From positions 1 through 64,000 of IMG/VR virus record IMGVR_UViG_3300037493_002747: DNA of 64,000 nt; one strand, given 5' to 3'. Under the pieces are notes generated by a model that had not been told where the DNA came from, made no database searches, and saw nothing but the letters and a program-made list of their open reading frames with translations. Within the stretch, counting starts at the first letter, position 1, and each line of letters opens with the position of its first letter. This DNA comes from a virus. Shown piece by piece: positions 57,951 to 64,000 of the stretch. The translations under genes and the position numbers were made by a program.

Positions 57951-59036
57951 ATGGAAGCTGGAATCAGAGAGCGTAATAGGTACAAAGACATATCTTGGTT
58001 GATGCCTAGCATTGATTTAGACAAGGTCTTTGAACAGCTTGGTATTCTGGTGGATCATAAGTCTGGCGACCAGATCAGGGCATTCTGCCCGGATCATCAT
58101 TTGTTTACTGGAAGGAAGTCGTCAGACGCAAATTGGACAATCAACACGGAAACTGGCGAGACGTTCTGTTTCACAGAGGCAAGAGGCAGCAACCTTGTTT
58201 TCACGATATGTCGTTTGCTCAAGAAGGAGCCGGATGATGCTGCAAAGTATTTGACAGGAAATTTGACGGGACCAGAATTTGAAGAATTGAAGATTTCGGC
58301 TGTCAAGATCAAGGCGTCAAAAATATGGAAGACGAAAGAGGAAGAGGATAGGAAGCAACCACCTATAAGGGGGTTGGATGCTATTGCCAAGGATGCTTTG
58401 GCTCCTAAGATGTCAGAACGTGCGTATCAGTTCTTCATTCATCCTCCGGGCAAGAAGTATCCTACGAATATCAGTCGTGAAACGGTAGATCGGTATCATG
58501 TGTTTGAAAGGACATGGGGATTTTATGCTAATCGTGTTGTCATTCCGTACTTTATGCGGAATGAGATTGTCGGATTTTGTGCCATAGACTTGCTGGGTAA
58601 AGAGGCGTGGGTTCAGGCACATCCAACACAGGACGATAAACAGTATCGTAAGGTTCGGTATCCAGAGAATTTCCAATCTACAGAGTGTTTGTTTGGTTTT
58701 GATGATTGTCCAAAGGGGGCGGAGTACATCATTGTCACGGAGGGTGCTCGTGAGGTGATGAAGCTAAATCAGGAAGGATTCCCGGCAGTAGCGATTTTGG
58801 GGGCGTATATCAGTCAGACTCATAGGACTTTGTTGTCGGAATTACATCCTAAGAGGATCATTTTGATGTTTGATGGAGATGATGCGGGTGTGGCGATTAC
58901 GACTCGTGCGGCGAATGCTTTGACTGGTGGTGGGGTGTACTCAAAGGCGACGGTTCAGAAGTGTTTTGTACCGAGAGGGAGAGACCCGAAAACTTTGGAC
59001 AGGGAGGCTCTCAAACTTCTCGTTGAAAAACCTTAA
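57951..59036 (+). CDS. DNA primase (Zn-binding + TOPRIM)
   Basis: CPDH; VTEG; FDGDDAG; RDP. Confidence 0.85.
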   Translation: MEAGIRERNRYKDISWLMPSIDLDKVFEQLGILVDHKSGDQIRAFCPDHHLFTGRKSSDANWTINTETGETFCFTEARGSNLVFTICRLLKKEPDDAAKYLTGNLTGPEFEELKISAVKIKASKIWKTKEEEDRKQPPIRGLDAIAKDALAPKMSERAYQFFIHPPGKKYPTNISRETVDRYHVFERTWGFYANRVVIPYFMRNEIVGFCAIDLLGKEAWVQAHPTQDDKQYRKVRYPENFQSTECLFGFDDCPKGAEYIIVTEGAREVMKLNQEGFPAVAILGAYISQTHRTLLSELHPKRIILMFDGDDAGVAITTRAANALTGGGVYSKATVQKCFVPRGRDPKTLDREALKLLVEKP

Positions 59037-59134
59037 AATATGTATTGACGATGTTCGTTGCGAATGATAGTGTACACTTTGTTTTAGGCCATATTGGCCA
59101 TATATGTCGATTTTCGACGAAAACAAGGAGGCGT

Positions 59135-60331
59135 ATGATTGGGCAAACTGGGCAAAATTTAGGCATTTCTGTTCGCGACAAGATTCAAGCAATCAAATCT
59201 TCTGGTAAAAGTTCAGAACCTTATTCCTCTGCATCTGCAATCCTAGCGATTCGAGCAATCAGGAATGACGTACTTAAAGGTTCAAAACCTTGTTCTGTCA
59301 TAGGTGTTACTGATCCACCTGTAGTCATTTCCGTTCGTGATAAGATTAAAGCAATCACTGCTGCTGGCAAAGGTTCAAAACCTTCTGATTTTCCTGTATG
59401 TGTTTCCATCATAGACGGTATTCGATCACTCACGAATACTGTGATCAAAGGGTCAAAACCTTGTGCTGTTGTACCTCCAACTGTCAATACGCATAAGGTT
59501 ACTGTAGCTCCTCCAACTCCTCCAACTGTCAATACGCATAAGGTTCCAGATAGTCAGAAGCTTGAACTTGTTAAGCAACTTGGCAAGTCGAATGCGGACA
59601 ATCTTGGGACTGTAATTGTTGCGACTCCATTGGCAGATGACGATAAGGATGTCGAACTAACGCGGGACCAGATGGCAGTAGCTGTGGCTCGTGATATGTC
59701 TGGAGTCAAACCTCTTTCAGAAAAGGATCGTATTCGGTACAACCGGATGTTGTATGATTCGATTCATGACTTGGTCTATCAGCGGGCGTCTCGATACCAT
59801 ACGACTTGTCCCGACGAGTCTGTTGATGACCTTTCGCAAGAGTGTATGTATCAACTTATGAGGAAACTACACGGATTCGATCCTAAGAGAGGTGCCTTCT
59901 CGACTTGGTCGTGGCATGTCTGCAAGGCAACGTTGAATAGGAAGTATCGAAAAGGCAAGCGAGATAGAAACGTCATTGTGAGTGGCCATTTTGTGAATGA
60001 AGATGGTGAAAGCACGCTGGAGAACAATCCTAAGCAACTTATTGAGGGTGTACAGACACACGAATGCCCTGGAGTTCTGGCATCAGAGATGATGACTGCT
60101 GTAAGGGAGTTAGTTGAAAAACACCCTAGGGAGAAGCATCTTCTCTTAGAGATATTCGGAAACCCAGATTCGGAAGATTTTGTTATGCCGAGCTATGTCT
60201 GTGTGGCAAAATCTGCAAAGGCTGTTGGGATGAAATACAGTCAGGCTCAGTTCTTTTTCAAAAAGGTAGTCCGACCGTTCATGTGGAGTAAGTTTATGGG
60301 GGGTGATAATGACAACGACATTGTGGACTAA
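59135..60331 (+). CDS. sigma70 region 2-like factor with repetitive N-terminus
   Basis: DDLSQE...FDPKRGAFSTW; C-terminal HTH-like segment; SD AAGGAGG. Confidence 0.7.
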   Translation: MIGQTGQNLGISVRDKIQAIKSSGKSSEPYSSASAILAIRAIRNDVLKGSKPCSVIGVTDPPVVISVRDKIKAITAAGKGSKPSDFPVCVSIIDGIRSLTNTVIKGSKPCAVVPPTVNTHKVTVAPPTPPTVNTHKVPDSQKLELVKQLGKSNADNLGTVIVATPLADDDKDVELTRDQMAVAVARDMSGVKPLSEKDRIRYNRMLYDSIHDLVYQRASRYHTTCPDESVDDLSQECMYQLMRKLHGFDPKRGAFSTWSWHVCKATLNRKYRKGKRDRNVIVSGHFVNEDGESTLENNPKQLIEGVQTHECPGVLASEMMTAVRELVEKHPREKHLLLEIFGNPDSEDFVMPSYVCVAKSAKAVGMKYSQAQFFFKKVVRPFMWSKFMGGDNDNDIVD

Positions 60332-60743
60332 ACATCAGTACGCCAGATGTTATGGACACTGGGTCGTATCTGATCCAGAATGTGTCAAGTGTGCTCTCTC
60401 GGATGGTTGTGAGAAGAGGACAAAGGCTAAGGTTTCGGAAGTTGATCACGCGAAAGAAGTGGAAGTTGACAGTGGTCCAGAAGATGTAAAGACGGTTTTG
60501 CCTCTCGATTATTTACTTCAGAGTCTTGGGGGAAAGTTCGATCAAGAGACAGAAGAGAAGGAGAAGGAGCGGGCGACAATTCACAAGTTTCATGATGTTA
60601 AGACCAAAAAGGCTATGATTGCTGTAATTGTTGGATCTTCTGGGAGAGTCAAGATCGTCTCTGTTCCTAGGAACATTTCCAAGGTGTTAGAAGGAATAGA
60701 TAGCATTGAACAGGTTGAGTTGGTTTTGGCGGAGATATTGTGA
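60303..60743 (+). CDS. hypothetical protein with an N-terminal Cys cluster
   Basis: CYG...ECVKC....C. Confidence 0.55.
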   Translation: MIMTTTLWTKHQYARCYGHWVVSDPECVKCALSDGCEKRTKAKVSEVDHAKEVEVDSGPEDVKTVLPLDYLLQSLGGKFDQETEEKEKERATIHKFHDVKTKKAMIAVIVGSSGRVKIVSVPRNISKVLEGIDSIEQVELVLAEIL

Positions 60744-61642
60744 ATACTATTGACTATCCTTGGTATCACCCTCCTTTCCCGGAGTATAATGAGGCACAGA
60801 CGGCTGTTATACCTTTCATAGACAAGGACTTGAACTTGGTAATCTCTTTTGCTACAGCGGTAGGTAAGACAGTTCTGGCAGAGTGTTGTTTCGGTTATCA
60901 CTTGGCAAATAGAGAGGACTGTAGGGTGGCATACATTTGTCCGTTCAAGAGTCTGGCATCGGAAAAGTTCAAGGCTTGGACGGATGACTCGCAACTCGGG
61001 CAATATGGAGTTGTGCTATGGTCTAGCGATAGTAATGATGATAGAAGGGATGGAAGACTGATTGTATCTACGCTGGAATCATTCGATATGAAGACTCGGT
61101 CAAAGGGATGGGATGATTGGATTAGCAGTTTTGATGTGGTCGTTTTTGACGAAGCACATATTATCGGTGATGAATCGAGAGGCGGGGCAATGGAGGCAGC
61201 AGCCATTAGGCTGGCAGATAAAAATCCAAAGGCGAGGATTGTTTTCTTATCAGCGACAATGGGGAATGCCGGAGATTTAGCAAAGTGGGTCAAGACGCTT
61301 AATGGTAAAAACACGAAGTGTATTACGAGTTCATGGAGGCCGACGAAGGTACGAACGGAATACCATATCGTGGATGGTCACGACGAGAAGACAGCCAAGG
61401 CCGTGGAGCTGGCAACACAATCTGCATTCCAGAAGACATTGGTGTTTGTGCATTCTAAGGTGACTGGTGGTAAAATAGTCAAGAGTTTGAGATCATCAGG
61501 AGTTCGATCCGTATTCCACAATGCCTCCTTATCGGCGGCAAAGAGGAGAAAGATCGAGGAGGCATTTAACAACCCAACATCGGGACTAAACGTTTGTGTG
61601 AGTACATCGACGTTGGGTGCCGGGGTCAATATGGGGAATTGA
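60740..61642 (+). CDS. Ski2/Hel308-like helicase, N-terminal part (motifs I-V)
   Basis: TAVGKT, DEAH, LSAT, STSTLGAGVN. Confidence 0.85.
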   Translation: MNTIDYPWYHPPFPEYNEAQTAVIPFIDKDLNLVISFATAVGKTVLAECCFGYHLANREDCRVAYICPFKSLASEKFKAWTDDSQLGQYGVVLWSSDSNDDRRDGRLIVSTLESFDMKTRSKGWDDWISSFDVVVFDEAHIIGDESRGGAMEAAAIRLADKNPKARIVFLSATMGNAGDLAKWVKTLNGKNTKCITSSWRPTKVRTEYHIVDGHDEKTAKAVELATQSAFQKTLVFVHSKVTGGKIVKSLRSSGVRSVFHNASLSAAKRRKIEEAFNNPTSGLNVCVSTSTLGAGVNMGN

Positions 61643-61669
61643 CTCGTTTTCATAATTTAGGAGGATGAC

Positions 61670-62263
61670 GTGGATAAGACAGCGCAGCTTACAGCATTGA
61701 AGGCAGAATGTTTGGCGTGTCGGCGTTGTGAGATCGGTGGACAGATGATTGGAGATAAGTTCTTGGGGAATGTGTTCTCCAATATGAACTGTACGGCAGA
61801 GTACATGGTTGTAGGGCAGAACCCCGGCAAGGAGGAGACGGAGAGGGAAGAGCCGTTCGTTGGTATTTCAGGAAAGATGTTCGACCAGCTTGTTGAAGAA
61901 ATCCTTGGCATGAAGCGATCTATGTTCTACATCTCCAATACCGTTCATTGCTACACTCCTGGCAATAGGAAGCCAACAATGGGAGAGGTGTATAACTGCA
62001 AGTATTTTATGGATTTGGAAGTTAGGGCTCTCAATCCCAAGGTGGTTATATCCCTTGGAGGTCCGGCATTTGAGCAGTTGACGGGGATACATGGAATTAT
62101 GAAGCATCATGGTAACCCGGCATTCTCTCCACGGTATAAGGTACCTGTGTTTCCATTGTTGCATCCTAGTCCGATCAACCTGAATGACCCGGCGAAGCTG
62201 GAGTTGTTTGTAGCTGACTTGGTTAAGTTGGAGGAGTTCATCAAGAAAGGGTGTGTGATGTGA
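61670..62263 (+). CDS. family 4 uracil-DNA glycosylase
   Basis: CLACRRC Fe-S motif, GQNPG, PFVG, HPS. Confidence 0.9.
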   Translation: MDKTAQLTALKAECLACRRCEIGGQMIGDKFLGNVFSNMNCTAEYMVVGQNPGKEETEREEPFVGISGKMFDQLVEEILGMKRSMFYISNTVHCYTPGNRKPTMGEVYNCKYFMDLEVRALNPKVVISLGGPAFEQLTGIHGIMKHHGNPAFSPRYKVPVFPLLHPSPINLNDPAKLELFVADLVKLEEFIKKGCVM

Positions 62264-62529
62264 GATTCAAGGACTCCCTTCATCTGTACCAAGATGTTGA
62301 AGACTTCTTAGGAGACATGCGTGATGGAACATTGAAGGAAGGGTTCATATTTTCACAAGAAGTGTGGAATGGATTGATGGAAAAGGTAAATACCGATCCG
62401 GTATTCGCGGGCGACATTATTGACAATGGGATCTTATTGCTCATGGCGGCTGATTCCAAGTCAGAGATTGATGGATTGATGGTACTGGCAGAGGTATGTC
62501 GTGAAAATACTGTAAAGACAGGTGATTGA
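62260..62529 (+). CDS. hypothetical protein
   Basis: GTGA overlap. Confidence 0.5.
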   Translation: MRFKDSLHLYQDVEDFLGDMRDGTLKEGFIFSQEVWNGLMEKVNTDPVFAGDIIDNGILLLMAADSKSEIDGLMVLAEVCRENTVKTGD

Positions 62530-63551
62530 TGTCAGATGTGGTTATAGTGGTAGGGACTAAGCGTGGTAAGGAGAATGTCTCCACGATAGAACTCAAGCAG
62601 ATGGTGGGTCGGGCTGGTAGGAAGCATGGTGGTGAAACGGCATTGGCTCATGTTCTGGTAGAGGATGATCGAGTCGCTGAAGTTCAAGATGGCCTAGACC
62701 ATGGCACCAATATGGAAGTTCATTCCACATTTGGGGCAGGAGACCGATTGATTTTCCATTTGATGCCAGAGATAGTATCGGGAAGGGTTGTGAATGCAGC
62801 TACGGCACATAAGTGGTATTCCAGAAGTTTGGCGTCTTATCAGGGTGACAATGTTGACTTCTTAAGGCTCTTTGACAAGATGAGTAAGATGGGGGCGGTA
62901 GAGTTGGAGTCTTCCGACGAGGTCCGTCCGACTAAGATTGGAAAGATTGCATCTGATTTGTATTTTCATCCGGGAGATGTTCAAGCTTGGAAGGACAATT
63001 TCACCAAGTTGTTTGAGATGGGATTGGAGAATGATAATGCGGCGATAGCCTGGGCATTAGGAACGAGGACACATACGAAGTGTTATGGGGATTTTGGGGA
63101 TTCGAGGTTCATCATTGGAGAATGTAAGAGTGCTTTGCCATTGGGATTAGAGATGGAGGCTGGAACGGTTACGCAGGTTGTGTTGTGGTGGTGCGCTATG
63201 GGTGGGCCTCCTGCTGGTAAAATGAGAAACCAGATGCTTACACTCCGGGAAGACATTGGAAGGATCAAGAGGGCATTGGTGAGGATTGACCGGGAAGAGG
63301 CTGGATGGAATAGGGGCAGTTTCTTTGACGATGTTGAGTTAATGGTTAGTAAGGGGATAGGCGTCAACTTGATTGATTTATGCAAACTTCCCGGAATTAC
63401 GAAAGGAAGAGCGGATTTCTTGTATAATGCAGGAGCAAGGGGTGCCGACAGTATTGCAGACATTATCCAGAACATAGAGGACGATATTGACGAACCTTTT
63501 AGAATGGCATTGAAGGAGATAGCAAGTGGGATTCGCAAACAGAGCCGTTGA
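62526..63551 (+). CDS. Ski2/Hel308-like helicase, C-terminal part (motif VI, winged helix, HhH)
   Basis: QMVGRAGR, PTKIGKIASDLY, LPGITKGRA. Confidence 0.8.
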   Translation: MMSDVVIVVGTKRGKENVSTIELKQMVGRAGRKHGGETALAHVLVEDDRVAEVQDGLDHGTNMEVHSTFGAGDRLIFHLMPEIVSGRVVNAATAHKWYSRSLASYQGDNVDFLRLFDKMSKMGAVELESSDEVRPTKIGKIASDLYFHPGDVQAWKDNFTKLFEMGLENDNAAIAWALGTRTHTKCYGDFGDSRFIIGECKSALPLGLEMEAGTVTQVVLWWCAMGGPPAGKMRNQMLTLREDIGRIKRALVRIDREEAGWNRGSFFDDVELMVSKGIGVNLIDLCKLPGITKGRADFLYNAGARGADSIADIIQNIEDDIDEPFRMALKEIASGIRKQSR

Positions 63552-63981
63552 AGTATGTCTTCGGGATTGGTCAGTTGGAAGGGTTGATGAAGGACATATC
63601 CGGGATGTCCTCAAATGCAGGAATGTGGATGTGAATGGGATGGAAGAATTTCTGAATGATAAATATCCTACGGAAATTCGATGGGCTGCGGCAAGGGTCT
63701 TGATGGATAAGGGTCAGGCGAAAGAGGTGGTTGCTGCGGCAATGTTGTCTCAGGACCGTGAATCCATATTGGCTTTGTTAAGTTTGATGGGGAGGAACAA
63801 GCAGGGAATAGAAGTTTTGGAAGGACTGGTCTCATCCGAGGATACAATGATTCGAGATGCGGCGGTTGAAATGTTTAGAAAGGCAGGAAAGGTGGATGCT
63901 ATCTTTCCGCTGATCTTTGACAGAGATGACATTGTCGTAAAAAGGATTAAACGGTACATAGATGAAGCGGGACAGCGTTGA
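63526..63981 (+). CDS. HEAT-repeat-like protein
   Basis: IRWAAARVL and IRDAAVEMF helical repeats. Confidence 0.5.
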   Translation: MGFANRAVEVCLRDWSVGRVDEGHIRDVLKCRNVDVNGMEEFLNDKYPTEIRWAAARVLMDKGQAKEVVAAAMLSQDRESILALLSLMGRNKQGIEVLEGLVSSEDTMIRDAAVEMFRKAGKVDAIFPLIFDRDDIVVKRIKRYIDEAGQR

Positions 63982-64000
63982 TAGGCATGCAGTTCCAGAG

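Overview
This 64-kb window is a fragment of a large tailed dsDNA bacteriophage genome. Essentially all genes are on the + strand and use standard code 11. In order it holds: an RNA ligase and a glycosyl-/methyltransferase cluster (1-4.5 kb); small early-type genes, several preceded by a conserved bipartite motif CCGTATT-N14-GCAATGTA (4.5-13.4 kb); probable virion-internal proteins sharing an N-terminal 'RIA' helix; a ~2.4-kb noncoding-RNA island (16.7-19.1 kb) immediately upstream of a Ro60/TROVE gene; two HNH endonucleases; a head-tail/tail module; and a replication module. The RNA island contains several structured RNAs, a tmRNA, two related Y-RNA-like RNAs and an initiator-type tRNA-Met. 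The tail module has three tube-like paralogs (one split by a 235-nt group I intron), a 2181-aa tape measure, a hub and a Gly-X-Gln collagen fibre. The replication module has an SNF2 helicase with two inteins, DnaB, a degenerate YhaM, primase, a sigma-like factor, a split Hel308-like helicase and a family-4 UDG. Best candidates for new biology: (1) a ~355-nt RNA that rebuilds the 23S rRNA uL11/GTPase-associated centre (H43+H44, with compensatory base changes) around a large insertion, in a translation-rescue/Ro60 RNA island; (2) an intein whose homing-type endonuclease is a fully nested gene in a different reading frame with its own RBS; (3) a shared N-terminal leader, also on the RNA ligase, that may target proteins into the capsid. 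All calls come from reading motifs by eye; no searches or folding programs were run.
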